A stretch of DNA of 63,937 nt, counting the filler, from Piptocephalis cylindrospora (lineage: Eukaryota): assembly GCA_003614145.1 (NCBI GenBank). It is 4 parts of 4 records of this genome, joined end to end, with 100 filler letters (N's around TTAATTAATTAA, not from the genome) between each part and the next. Parts side by side here need not be neighbours in the genome. Positions count along the whole stretch, not along the records: positions 1 to 17,526 come from KZ987854.1; 3 more parts are not named here. One strand, written 5' to 3'. This document shows, piece by piece, positions 1 through 12,017 of this stretch. Each line of letters begins with the position of its first letter. Positions within the stretch are counted from its first letter, which is position 1. The notes beneath the pieces were generated by a model. It ran no database searches, had not been told where the DNA came from, and worked only from the letters and a program-made list of their open reading frames with translations. The translations under genes were made by a program, and so were the position numbers.

Positions 1-526
1 GTCTAGAAGCTCCATGCTGGCTTGAGAGGGCTTGGATCCCGTGGGAGGAGGGGGGTGTGATGGATATCATGGAGGGAGTGCGTGAGGTGGAAATGGATAG
101 GATGGATGACGAGGGGGTCTTGAGTGCTCTGAGTGAGCTGGGAATTGAAAATACCTCCGGGGCCCTCTCATTAACCCATGGGTCTGTATTTCCTCCGGTA
201 GCCCCTATGGAAGCAAGAAGTCCCGTGAAATGAGCCTGGGGGACCATGGGCTGCTTGGACTTTTGTCGATGAGTAAACGAGTTGAATCGATCCAAGAACA
301 AGCTCTTTAAAGATCGATTGCGCTTCTGTGTCAAAAGAACTTCATTTCTTTGGTGTATTGCATGTTCTGGAGGAAGATTTGCCTTGGGAGAAGTGGTGGG
401 CACTGAGAAGGGGGGACCTACCGCCCCCGGGTCAACGGAGGAAGAAGTGGAAGGAGGCGAAGGAAAAGCTGTACCAAGGCCTGAGGAAGTCAGCAGAAAT
501 GTGGTAAGGACAAAAGGAATGATCAT
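1..526 (-). CDS. Putative secreted Ser/Pro-rich protein, 5' part (runs off window start)
   Basis: Manual translation from ATG at 526 is open to the window edge: MIIPFVLTTFLLTSSGLGTAFPSPPSTSSS... with a hydrophobic signal-peptide-like start. Absent from the ORF track because it has no stop in the window. Confidence 0.55.
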   Translation of the reverse strand, partial: MIIPFVLTTFLLTSSGLGTAFPSPPSTSSSVDPGAVGPPFSVPTTSPKANLPPEHAIHQRNEVLLTQKRNRSLKSLFLDRFNSFTHRQKSKQPMVPQAHFTGLLASIGATGGNTDPWVNERAPEVFSIPSSLRALKTPSSSILSISTSRTPSMISITPPSSHGIQALSSQHGASR

Positions 527-1586
527 AACTAGAGGATCAACTATAGGAAAGAAAGGTGTCTGGTGTATTGGCGTCGTCAGGAAGTAAGGGCAGCGTGTGT
601 ATAGGTGGCGTGTTGAGATTGATAATTGTCTGGTGGACGTGGGAGGAAGGAAGGGTGTGGAGGAAGATGATTGTTCTATAGTTCGCTTACTTTATACATA
701 TAGCTCATAAAAGTCCGTAATCGGAGGTCCGACTGATTAGGACAGTCAAAAGCCTGCCAAGAACTTTATTATACTTCATCTCCATATTTTAGCACTGCTT
801 TTCGTCGTTCACCTCTGTGTTACCTTGTCCTCGCGCATATCAATCGGAGTTTATCATCTGTATTTTTGCTACACTAGGTTTATCCGTCCCTATGGTTATC
901 TGTCATATATGGATATAATGGTTCACACCATCTCGGGGAGCTATCTAGTCCAAAAACTACGCGGATGCTTGCGTTGATAAGTCATTCCAAGATCGCCTTG
1001 GGGTCTATATTCTTTGATACAGCTCTCTGGAAGAGAGGGATTATTGGGAGCTTGTGGCTCTTCTTGACGAACACACGTAAATGCAGATCATTTGCCGATC
1101 CCAGGTGTGGATCTGCACGCACGAGAAAGACGGTTCCTGTTCCATTTCCTCTAACAGTACAAATAGCTTATCAATTTTATTATTTTACAAAGAAATTCTC
1201 TATTTGGGGGGTTTCTAGAATATTAAGGCGATATCTGACTTGACAGATTCACTGACACATACCACACCGAGGATAGTATCCTTTGTTAATTAGGTATCGT
1301 CGGATGAAGTAGACAGTAGCCAAATAACTTGATTCCCGCTTTCGTCATCTCGGCCTTTGTGGCAGAGAGGGAGACATTCGTCTTTACTATGACCTTTCCC
1401 TACGTACGCTCTTATCCCATTACCGTCTCTCCGCCTATTATAGCTGAGCGTGCGACTCTGTGCCATTCGCCTTACATAGGTCGGAAGTGCCCATCTCCGA
1501 GGCTGTGCTATTGACCAAGGTAAACTCCACCCTTTGCACTCTCTTCTTCCTCTTTCCCCCTTACTCTTTTTTTAACCATACTCGCT

Positions 1587-2422
1587 ATGAAGTCGGGAAT
1601 CCCACAGCCTTCCGATCAGCTGGATCGACTTGTTCGCTTCTTCTCCACAGTCAACGGGACGGACAAGACTCTGATGGTAGGTGCATTGACCGACTGACCC
1701 TATCCTTCCTTGATGAGCTCATCTCTCCATCCTAGCTGATTCAATACACGACAAAAATCATCGCGTGGTACGCGGATCGTCAAGGATCCAAGCTAGGGGC
1801 CAATGCCAGGGCTCTGGGAGGACCTGTGGCCGATTTCCGTATCTTACTTCGCTATTATGGACTTCTCCCACTTCTCCAGTACCATCAGGCCATTGAACAG
1901 GCTCCACCTCCCTCCCGCTCTCTCACCACGGTCATCAGACTCCAAAATGCCTCCATGTTTCTCTACTATCCCATGGAACATGTGTACTGGCTAGCTGCTC
2001 ACAAAGTCATTCGCATGCGGTCTGGGACCGTGGATCAGGTGGGGTACTGGAGTTGTCGATTCTGGGCCATTTATGTCCTGCTTGAGTATCTACGGCTTCA
2101 TCTCATCCGGCAGGATCGTCAGACCAGAGAGGCCGAGGTACGGGAGAGCCTGATATCACCGGAAGCTGATGCACCTGGGCCCAAGGGAGCGGAGAAGGAT
2201 CCTCGCCCTCATTCTTCTAGGAGAGAGGGAGAGAGACTTCTCCGAGGATTCCGTCAGGAGCGGGAACAGTGGTGGACCTCCTTTCTTATCAATTCTGCCT
2301 ATTTCCCCCTTACCTTCCATTGGTCCATTGAGGGGAGTACCTTCCCGGACGTGGCGGTCGGGATCTGCGGGACTATTGCGGCCATCCTGCAATTCCGTAA
2401 CGCATGGGGCTCAACGGCTTGA
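1587..2422 (+). CDS. PEX11: Peroxisomal biogenesis factor 11 family protein
   Basis: Exon 1587-1676 (MKSGIPQPSDQLDRLVRFFSTVNGTDKTLM), intron 1677-1735, exon 1736-2422 (LIQYTTK...DFRILLRYYGLLP...YYPMEHVYWLAAH...WSCRFWAIYV...AYFPLTFHWS); typical fungal Pex11 motifs. Confidence 0.85.
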
Positions 2423-2586
2423 GGCATACATGGGAGAAGGAAATGATTATTTTTAGAAGAGTATTAGCAAAACGCATCACTTTTTGTTTACGATAGAAAA
2501 CCTAAAGACCTGAAGATACGCATGGATCAAAAAGTAGGATGGGATAGTTGTATTCACATGGGAGATAGAGATAAGAGGACAAGAGG

Positions 2587-3042
2587 TTATGCAGCATGGG
2601 CACGTGAGGCAGTAATTACCAGGGTGGCTCCACTTGCCCAGCTGTCCGCTCGTTCCATCACTGGGAACAGGGGTGGAGGAGGGACCCTCTGGGGGGCTTC
2701 ATTGATCCTTGAAGGGGCCGAAGTAATATTCTCCACGAGGCCTTCCTGTACTTGCCCCCTATCCACGGAGGCAGGTTTGGATCGACGTCCGGACATCCGA
2801 CGATGGAGACGACGTAGTGAATTGAGCGAACGGGAAAGGCCAGATCGTTTCGGATGATTAGCTGGTCCGAATGTCGGAGCCGGAATTTGGTGGTGGGATG
2901 GGGGGGGCTGGGAGCGGAGGTTGGTCGTATTGGGACGATCGAGGGCAAACTCTCCAGAGTACGCCTCAACGGTAACCTGAAACGCTGTAGTGATGGCCTT
3001 GGTGAAGCAGCCCAAATGGTAAGAACTCTTTAATTGAACCAT
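2587..3042 (-). CDS. Hypothetical 151-aa protein
   Basis: ATG ORF preceded on the minus strand by a TATAAA box (~3157-3162) and a pyrimidine-rich leader; no recognisable domain. Confidence 0.4.
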   Translation of the reverse strand: MVQLKSSYHLGCFTKAITTAFQVTVEAYSGEFALDRPNTTNLRSQPPPSHHQIPAPTFGPANHPKRSGLSRSLNSLRRLHRRMSGRRSKPASVDRGQVQEGLVENITSAPSRINEAPQRVPPPPLFPVMERADSWASGATLVITASRAHAA

Positions 3043-4062
3043 GCTGATACTATGGAGCCGAGACAGGAATGAGATGGGATGAAGTTGAGGCTGGGAGGAT
3101 AGATGGAGGGGGAAGGGTGTTTTTTAGGCCAATCCGTCCCCCATGAATTCCCTGGATTTATAGACCAGGGAGGTTCATAGGCAGGGGAAGGGGGCGACGC
3201 TGAGGAAAGGCGGATGTAATGGCGCTGGGGGGAGAAGGAACAAAGCAAGGGCTCATGATCCTCGGTGTGTCCTCAGGGTCATCCATGTGGATGAGACAGG
3301 GGAGACGAATGGGCTGGATGGTCTCCTCGGGAGATGGACATGAGCTGTTTACAAGAGCAAATGAAGGGGACCTCGTAATCCCTCTCACCCACGGTCTCGT
3401 ACGTATGCACCACTCCTAATCACTGAGGCTGTCATTCCCGGATCTGTGACCTCACCTTCGGACGGACCACATGTCATCTGGCTGTACCGTGCGCAGTATT
3501 TTGCAGGTCAAGCCCATGCGAGTTCCTTACTCCTTCCGCGGATCACTCATCCTCTCCCCTTTTTTTAAGGGTGTCCTTTATGATAAAATCGAGTTTTATT
3601 AGATGATCTACTAGATTGAAGATTGAAGGGTTCTTTAGCAGACTCGTGGCTCATCCTCTACTCTATTCCTAGGCTCGCTTGCCTGATTTTGTTGAAAGTT
3701 TGAGCTTCGTTTGGCCAGGTAATCCGGGTTGATTGGATGTGAAATGCCTCAAGAAAAAGTCATGGAATTTGCTTACCGCCATTATGCCTGAGAGCATGCG
3801 GCAATCTACTATCAACTTGTCCTAGGTAACACAAAATCCGATGACATTAGTGTTTCATCGGAGCATGTATATTGTTATGGACCGATGGTGCTTCATGGAA
3901 AACAAGGGGAATGGCCTAAGCTCGAGGAGGCCCATACATGTCAGAGCGCAGTCAGTCAGTCACTCCGCCCCACTTCCAATGGGCATATCACAACAACACG
4001 AAATGCAATTGACCTGCTTGGCTCTCAAACACCCTTCTTTGCATCCTTTCCATTCCTAGAAC

Positions 4063-6370
4063 ATGTCCCTTCCACCGTCTGATCACGATTCCTCCCCTGT
4101 GTCGCTTGAGGCAGAAGAAGTAGAGGAGGCACCTTGCTTCCCCATACCCACTCAGACGCTTTACTCGGTCGAATATCCCGGACGTGTGCTTGATGGGAAC
4201 CGAGCCCTTGACACTCTTGGAGGCCCGGTGGCTCTTGCTCAGGTGGGTGTCTATGAGGCCACAGCCCGCCTTTCTCCCCCTCATCCTTCTCTCAATCCCT
4301 TAGGCCGTGAGTGGCGAAAGTGGGATGGTGGACTTGCGATATCGGCCCAAGGACTTGTTCTCTCGACCCATTCAGGGTCGTTTTGTGGATACGAGTAACA
4401 TTCTCCTACGTGTTACTCGAAGGCCTGCGAGAACGGATCGAATGGATGAGGAAGTCGATAGTGCAACAAGCTCATCCGATTGGGATTTTGAGGCTGTTGG
4501 GGTTATCCGAAAGACGTGCCGATTCCGTGGTAGGTGACGGAAAGAGAATGAAAGTGAGGGGACGAGAAGAAGTAGCCATGAGGGAAAGAGACATCGCTTG
4601 ATCTTTTGCCTCATCTTTTCGCATTCCTGGTAGCCTTGGCAGACTTTCAGTATCTTCCGGAAAAGGAAAATCCTTACCACAAGCTTGGAAAGGCCATAAG
4701 CGCTGTTGATGGTATGGCCTGCATGGGTGAGGGGATGCGAGGATTGTGCAATGACTTACTCTAAACTGGTCTTCCTATTCGCATCGCATTAGTGGATGCC
4801 TTGACCAAATTTCGGTTGGACCAGGTGGACGAAAAGTCCAATGTACCGCCCCCAGCCTTTTCTAGAAATTATCTACCTCTGGACTACCGGTACTTGCCCA
4901 ACCCCTTGGCCAAGCGTACCATCACCCGGGAGGAGGGCAAGGTAAGGGGCAGTCGAAGAGACTAGGCCGTCTCTTCCTCATGAGCTAATCATCCCCTTCT
5001 TCCCCCTTTCTAGCCATCTAAGGTGGAATTTGAGCTCAAGCCTCGTTTAAAACCCAATCGGACTCCACAGTTTGTCGTGGATTTTGGGGATCCGATCCCG
5101 AAAGGACCTTCCGAGATGGCTGTCAAGTGTATCAAGGATGTGCTTTCCTCAGACGTAGAGAAGGTTAGAGAGGTAGGCATTGTTCTTTCTTTTTGGATGT
5201 GAAGGGGATGAGACGCTGTTTTATTCATGATTCAATGCTTCCTCCCACACACAGTGCTTTCAAGAAAGGCCGATTTGGACTAGACTAGCATTGGAGGGGA
5301 CGATTGCACTGAAGAATCCGTATGATCTCTACCGAACCATCCTCCCGGCCTTGGCCTACAACTGTCAGAATGGACCATGGAGAGATTGCTGGATTCGGTT
5401 TGGATATGATCCTCTCAAGGAGCCCTCCTCTCGGGCTTACCAGGTGGTTGAGGTAAGGGTCAAGGGCAATAATCACGCGGGTCCCCGGGCCAAGATAGTG
5501 CTACCCGGAGGTGAGACAGGTATATGGGGGAGGGGAATCCACGTATTATGATGATTCATCCGATTTCTTGGTACATGTCTAGCTGAAAAGACAGGTCCGG
5601 TGGATACCATGGCCATTGCCATGGAAGAAAGGTAGGGTTCTCTTGAAGGTGGCCTGACCGATCATGGCGTCCTCACCGTCTAGAAAAGCTCACCATACCA
5701 TCTTCTTGCTGCCCTCCTGGTGCATTGATGCAGCCGAAAGGTTAAAGCTCATGTCTTCAATGGGAGGCCGACTGTTGCTCGGAATGTGCTATTCCAGCTG
5801 TGTGATATTCATGAAGCCCGCGTTCGTCGGGTCATTGACCTTCCTGCCCTTCCTCGGATAGTGTGTGATGTAAGTGTCCTACCCCCCTTTCCTCTCCATC
5901 TGCCATCAGTATGCTCAGCTTCTCCACTCCATAGGAAAAGGATGGGTGGTTCGCTCGCCCAATTATAGAGACGATCCGCCGATTGTTTCGGGCCATTTAC
6001 ATTCGCAGTGTCTCGAGAGCTTTGGAAGAGGAAGGAACAGAGGATCCCCTTCCCCCGATCCCTGAAGTGAATGAGGCAGACCTGGTCCGATTAGCCGCAC
6101 AATCCCGGAAAGAAGATACACAAGTCCCGCAAGCGGACATCCAAGAGCAATTATCTGCATTTTCTCAAGGTCAGTGATATGAAGGAGGTAGGAGCAGGGG
6201 AAACTCGGCCGCCTGACATGCATCACCATCCTATCTCTTTGTATGATACAGGGACTCAAGCACAAGAGGAGTCAAGTACACTCTCTAATCGCTTAGAAGA
6301 GGAGGAGGGAGGGGCTGTTGAGGCGTTTGATGACGTTTTTGGGGATAGTAGTGGGGAGGAGGAAGGGTGA
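4063..6370 (+). CDS. TFC1: RNA polymerase III transcription factor TFIIIC subunit tau95 (Tfc1/Sfc1/GTF3C5), multi-exon
   Basis: Motifs across spliced exons: SVEYPGRV..ALDTLGG, LRYRPKDLFSRPI, RFRALADFQY, PPPAFS, ERPIWTR, AYNCQNGPWRDCWIRFGYDP, FQLCDI, KDGWF, and an acidic C-terminal tail. Confidence 0.9.
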
Positions 6371-6691
6371 TGAACGTGGCGTCGTTCATCATGCTTTATC
6401 TCCCAGTCTTGTGACATATCAAAGGCTCATTTCGCATGACATAAGCCTAGCAGCGGGATGAGATGACGGTTGGATTTTGGAGGGAGAAAGTTCGGGAATA
6501 TGAATTATTTCCCTCCTTTTTAATTGTGTTACAATGTATGACGAGTTGGCTGTGTCATCCTTTGGGCCCTCCCGCTTAGGTATCTCTTAGGTAGCTATGA
6601 AGCGTGAGCTGTTTAAGGTCTCTCAGGGGTGAGAGCTCATCTTGTTGATGACACACATACACCATTATCTTTTTTCTTACTCTTCCGCTTC

Positions 6692-7743
6692 ATGGCCATG
6701 TTCCGTAGTCTTTATGTTGTCTCTGGTCACTTGGCCCGGTCTCGGGTCAAGGCCATCCAAAATCCTCACTGTTGTGTGCTCAAGACATTCCCGGGGTCGT
6801 CTGCCATGGTTGGCCGACGCATGGGTCCTCTCGTACCCCCTACCAGAGGAGTGTCTAGTCAGAGGGAGAGGGCCGAGGATATCCATTGCTGGAAGTGCCA
6901 AAGGTCTTTGAATCAGACCGAGGTGCATTGTGCACAGTGTGATCACATCCAGCCCCCACCCACTACTCTCGACTACTTTGGTGTTTTGAATGGGTAGGTG
7001 GATATGTGATAATTAGTAAGCGGGTGTGGGATGAGTGTTCTATTTTGCTGATTCAGGACATCCATTAGACCCCGAGACTATGCCTTGGACACAAAGGTAT
7101 TGAAGCAACGTTTTCTCCAATACCAGGGCCGTGTTCATCCTGATCGATACAATCAACTGAGCTCGGTAAGGCGGGGGAGGGAGCAGAGTTGCGCTAGACA
7201 AATCTGCTCATGCAGACTCTTTTTAGAATGAACTTGAGTTTGCTGAAAGGCAGAGTTCCTGGATCAATGAAGCGTACAAGACACTGCTGGATCCTCTTTC
7301 CCGGGCAGAATACCTAGTAGGTCCTGGTTGAGCACGTGCAGCGCTTCCTAAATACTTATCCCTCCCGATAGCTCCGGATCCAGGGAATGGAGATTGAAGA
7401 GGGTGAATCATCTGAGGATCCCGAGATGCTGATGGAAATCATGGAGGTTATGGAGGAGATTGAGCAAGTCAAGGAAGAGCGGGAACTCGATTCTCTTTCT
7501 CAAGCCAATCAAGGTAGGTGGGAGGAATGGGACTGGCGTCCTTCTGTTATATGGTCATCTCAGCCTTCTCCATGCTGCCTCCCAGAACGTCTTTCCAGTA
7601 TGGAGAAAGCTCTGGCCGAGGCCTTTGCCCAGTCGAGCCTGGAGGAAGCCAAAGATCTCACAATCCGATTCCGATACTATCGAAAGATCCAGGATGCCAT
7701 TCGGGAATGGGCGCCTGGGAAACCCGTTCACTTCGTGCATTAG
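6692..7743 (+). CDS. JAC1: Mitochondrial Fe-S cluster co-chaperone HscB/HSC20, multi-exon
   Basis: Arg-rich presequence, CWKC..CAQC, DYF, J-domain VHPD, INEAYKTLLDPLSRAEYL, DPEMLMEIME, RYY in the C-terminal HSCB domain. Confidence 0.92.
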
Positions 7744-8219
7744 GCTATACGACATGGATAGACTTGGGGGATTAGAATGTTTTTACCGTGTTCCATGAAG
7801 TAGTTCTGTATCCTTTCCTGGTAGATACTGACTATTCGTATTGATTATATATGAATCATTTGGCTTATTTGTCTCATTCACCTATCATCGCCCGTCTTTG
7901 TATGCCCCTGTAAACCGCTAGTTCTTTTTGCGTCTTGAAGAAATATTCCCCTCACGAATATAGGCTATGACAGGGGAGGTGAAGGCAGCTCTCAGCTGGG
8001 TTGGAATGTGTTCTAGGATGAGCCAGTCGTTATTGAAGGAGGGGACCAGCCCACATCCTCCTCCTTCCACGTAGTCAAGGGCGGAGCCTACATTGGCTCT
8101 AGGGAGGGAAGGGGGAAGAGCAGGAGGCTTGAATGCGGGGCTGGCGGTGTCACAGTATAAGCCTTCCTATACAGGCGGATGCACAGTCCAGTCTTCCCTG
8201 GTTGATATTTATTCCCTGG

Positions 8220-8500
8220 ACTCATTCTTCTACTGTTCCCTCTTTCTCTTGGATTCTTCCTCTCTTCCTCTCTTCGCCTCTTCTTCCTCTCTTCGCCTCT
8301 TCTTCCTTTCTTCGCCTCTTCTTCTCCCTCCCTCCCTCCCTCCCTCCCTCGTTCAGTCACTCCCTCCTCCTCCTCTTCTTCTTCTTCTTCTTCTTCTTCT
8401 TCTCCCTCCCTCCCTCACTCACTCGTTCTCTCTTCTTTCCCTCGCTCCTTCTCACTCACTCACTCTCGTTCACTTTCTCGCTGACTCTCTCCACTTCACT
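8220..8500 (+). repeat. Pyrimidine-rich low-complexity tract with (CTT)n, (CCCT)n and (CACT)n runs in the CDC1 leader
   Basis: Directly visible; (CTT)n at about 8375-8402. Confidence 0.8.
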
Positions 8501-8511
8501 CTACTTTCACG

Positions 8512-10045
8512 ATGCACTATCCCAACTTTCTGACAGGAGCCCGACAACGAGTCATGTACCGACCAGTCTTGGGCTGGAGATATGCATGGCTCCTGATTAT
8601 CCTCCTCGGAGAAGCTGGTCTCTTTCACCTGGCTGCATGGCGCTGTTCTTGGCCAGCGCCCCCCGATGGGGGGCTTACAACGGTGGGGAAGATTCTGGTG
8701 GTGGCGGACCCCCAATTAACCGATGCCTACTCGTATGGTCATCACGGCGTGGTTCTCGCTGTGGTGCAATCCTTGTCCGACACATATATGCGTAAGGCCT
8801 TTTCCCTCCTCATGCCTCGATTGACCCCGACATCCCTTCTCTTTCTCGGGGATCTTTTTGACGGGGGTCGCGAATGGGATGATACAACTCAGTGGGAGGA
8901 GGAGCATGCGCGCTTTCGCCATGTCTTTCCCCCTGTTCTTGACTCGGGAAACGGCGATTCTGAGGAGATTGAGCGAATTTGGGTAGGTGGAAACCATGAT
9001 TACGGATTTGGCAATGGTGTGGATACGGGAAAACGTCTGAGATGGGAACGGGCCTTTGGACCCACCAACTCAGTCCATACTTATGGGAAGGAAACTCGCA
9101 TCGTCGTCCTTGACACCGTGAGTCTCAGTGCCTCCCGTTCGGAGATCAGTCAAGGCTCAGATGCCTTCCTGGAGGCGTGGAACACCACGGCCCCCCATCT
9201 CTGGATCGAGCTTCACTTCGGCCTGGTCTTCCAGCCCTCCCTCCATCCCCACAGCCCGCCCTATCCTCGTCTCCCATGTCCCCCTTTACCGGAAGCCCGG
9301 AACTGGGTGTGGTACATCTAGTAGAACACGTGGGGGGGAGATCCTCATGGGGCGAGGATATCAGTACCAAGATCTTGTCTCCTCCAATATCTCCCAGCAC
9401 ATCCTCTCCACCGTTCGTCCCACACTCATCCTCTCTGGGGATGATCATGATCAGTGTGAGGTTCACCACCCCATCCCTAAGCTCCCCTCTGGCGATACCG
9501 CCCCCTCCGCTCAGGAGGAGGCCCTGGAGTACACGGTTGGGACCTTTTCCTTCATGCAGGGCAATCTTGTCCCCAGTGCAGGGCTTCTTTCGCTCTTTGA
9601 GTCCTCCGACGGATCAACTCAGTCCTTTGGATACTCAGTCTGCTACCTTCCAGATCAGCTGTGGACCTATGTCATGTACGGTGTTTTCACCATCATCGCC
9701 ATTAGCCATATTCTGGTCGTGCGTCTCATCCGTCTTCGACGGAACCGACGTCTCTTCCCTTTCTACTCCTCCCAGATTATGACCGGGGAGGAAAAGATGC
9801 TGTACACTGTTTTTTCTTCGAGTGATCCATCTCGTGACTTTCAGGATGAGGAGGGGGATTGGGATGAGACATCCTCCCTTGACCTTCCTCGTCGCAGCCC
9901 CTCTCCCTCTCCCTCGTCTCCTTCCTTTTGCTCCAAATGGGTCCCACGTGCCCTCTTCCTCATCAAGGGAGTCGGTTTAGACATCGTGCGAGTCCTTCCC
10001 TTTCCCCTCTCTCTGTACCTGTTCCTGCATTGGTACTACATGTGA
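8512..10045 (+). CDS. CDC1: Metallophosphoesterase Cdc1/MPPE1 (GPI remodelling); one +1 frameshift near 9190
   Basis: ADPQLTD, FLGDLFDGGREW, GNHDYG, LDTVSLS in frame 1; SHVPLYR, GYQYQ, LSGDDHDQC and a C-terminal TM in frame 2. The frames join with +1, most simply at C6 9191-9196. Confidence 0.88.
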
Positions 10046-10622
10046 GGCCTTTCCTCTTATGTACGTTATCCCTTTTTTCCTACCCACCCGCCCATCTTTT
10101 CCTATATCCTCCATACAATCCCAGGATGATATTTTCCCTTTCTGTGCTATGAAGCAATTGTGATCCGTACTTTTACAGGTTCTCATCTCTATCATCCCGG
10201 CCCGAGCCAGGGCTGTGAGGGCATCCAGGATTGCTCCTAAAGACCTTTTTTCCCCCCGAAATGAGTATGGTAAGAACTGTGTGAAATGATGTGCATAGGA
10301 TGAGAACGATGCTGAGTAAAGAGAATATAGCCAAGGTTTTAGTATGGATGTTTCACTGAGATGGCCATTCGCGGGAAAGGATTGGGTTGGAGAATTGGGA
10401 GGAGGGACAGAGCAGCTATCTGCCGCTTTATTCTTCTCTATCTTCCCCCGCTACCTGGATGGATGTCTGTGATTTGGGGATATGTGCCAGTCTGGTATTG
10501 GCACCTTCAGTCTCCAGTATAATAATAGCTGCAGCAAGGAGAAATCCGTATGCACTGGTCAATAAGTCAGGAAAAATTTAATATTACCAAAAACCACAAA
10601 AATTGCTTGGAAAAGCCCATCT

Positions 10623-12017
10623 CTACCTAGGAACGAGCGATTCCAGCAGGGTGCAGGTGTTTAGGGTGGTGGCGGGCAGGCAAGCTAGGCCAAGGAAGGA
10701 TCCCTGAATCAGGTTGGCATCTCCTTTCATACTGTAGAGAGCATCTTCAATTGGGACGAAAAAACGCAACATCCCGAGCGGGGAGCTGGTGTCTCCGGAA
10801 GGAGTTGGCACATCCATGGGGCTGTTCATGCTCATAAAGTTAAAGGGAACACCTCGGAAGTTAAAATTAGATGTGGGGTCGGAGGTCTCCAGGAGATCAT
10901 CGTAGCTCATGCTCGTGGCCAGGGACCCGGAGGCAAAAGCAGCGGCCTGACTGGTCCCATACCCTGAGGTCTTGGTGTAAGCATTGCTCCAAGTGACTAT
11001 CCGATGACCCGGAGCAGCCATGACGCTACAACCAGTGTTGGAGAAGGATGGTACTTTCTTCTCCTGGTTGTGGGCCATGACTGTGAAGATGGACAGGGAA
11101 TGCATTGGACTGTAGGAGCAAGCATCCGAACCCGTGTTCCCTGCGGCTCGGATCAGTTGGTTGGCCCCAGAGTGGTTAGGACCAATGTTGTTGACGCTCT
11201 TATAATAAGAATCTACCGCTTTCTCCACTTCAGAACTGGGATCAAAGATAGCTGATAGGTTGATGAGATGACCTTTAGGGCCTTTGGTGTTGGTGGCCTG
11301 ATCCTTCCATGTCCACTGAAGAGCGCGAAGAAGAGCGTCGGCCGTGCTTACACTGTACTGGTTAAACACCTTAATGGAGGTAATGTGGACGTTCTTGGCT
11401 ACGCCATACGTACGGCTTCCAATGATCGAGGCCATCATGGTCCCGTGGTTAGCAAGATCATCATTGGTACGGTCAGTACTAAAGTTGGGACCGATCGTCA
11501 GACGGTCACCCAACTCGGTCGGGTGTGGATTGATACCCGAGTCAATTACATAGACGTTGACCCCGGTCCCGACACGCTTCTTGGAATAGGAGTAGGTGCG
11601 TTGACCATCCAGTGGAAGCGACTCGTTGGCCCAGGTGTTCAGAGATGCCAGACCCCAGGTAGTCTCAGCTTGACACTCAACATCTCCATCGCACGGGACA
11701 GCCTCGCCCGACAGCCTCCCAGCAACATTGGGTCCCATGGTATCTACTCTAGCATCATTGCGAATCGTGGTGCGGAGAGATGTGGTGGGTACATAGACGG
11801 TAACACCGTCATACTCCCCACCGATGGTGGTATTGGTGAGGATGGAGTTGTTGCCTTTGGAGCCATTGGCCTTGGTAATGTTGGCTTGGAGGGCCTTGAG
11901 ATATGATGGGAAGTTGGTGTTGAGCTTGAGCTTGACTAGAAATGTGGAGTCATTCTGGGCTGTGGTAAAGGGGGTCAAGAGAGAGGTCAGGACTAGGAGG
12001 ACAAGGGGGGAACGCAT
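10623..12017 (-). CDS. Secreted subtilisin-like serine protease (S8, proteinase K type), intronless
   Basis: Signal peptide MRSPLVLLVLTSLL..., propeptide, triad motifs YVIDSGI, HGT, GTSQA, and oxyanion AAGN. Start placed at 12017 rather than the ORF-track 12191. Confidence 0.9.
   Translation of the reverse strand: MRSPLVLLVLTSLLTPFTTAQNDSTFLVKLKLNTNFPSYLKALQANITKANGSKGNNSILTNTTIGGEYDGVTVYVPTTSLRTTIRNDARVDTMGPNVAGRLSGEAVPCDGDVECQAETTWGLASLNTWANESLPLDGQRTYSYSKKRVGTGVNVYVIDSGINPHPTELGDRLTIGPNFSTDRTNDDLANHGTMMASIIGSRTYGVAKNVHITSIKVFNQYSVSTADALLRALQWTWKDQATNTKGPKGHLINLSAIFDPSSEVEKAVDSYYKSVNNIGPNHSGANQLIRAAGNTGSDACSYSPMHSLSIFTVMAHNQEKKVPSFSNTGCSVMAAPGHRIVTWSNAYTKTSGYGTSQAAAFASGSLATSMSYDDLLETSDPTSNFNFRGVPFNFMSMNSPMDVPTPSGDTSSPLGMLRFFVPIEDALYSMKGDANLIQGSFLGLACLPATTLNTCTLLESLVPR

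Noticed and set aside
8088..8795. ORFs rich in Leu/Phe/Ser or Arg/Glu upstream of CDC1
   Set aside because: Translations of the pyrimidine microsatellite tract.
9118..9260. Possible intron explaining the CDC1 frame change (GTGAGT at 9118 or GTGGAA at 9177)
   Set aside because: GTGAGT lies inside the conserved LDTVSLS motif, and the other donor is weak and gives only a 34-nt intron; a single-base indel is simpler, though not proven.
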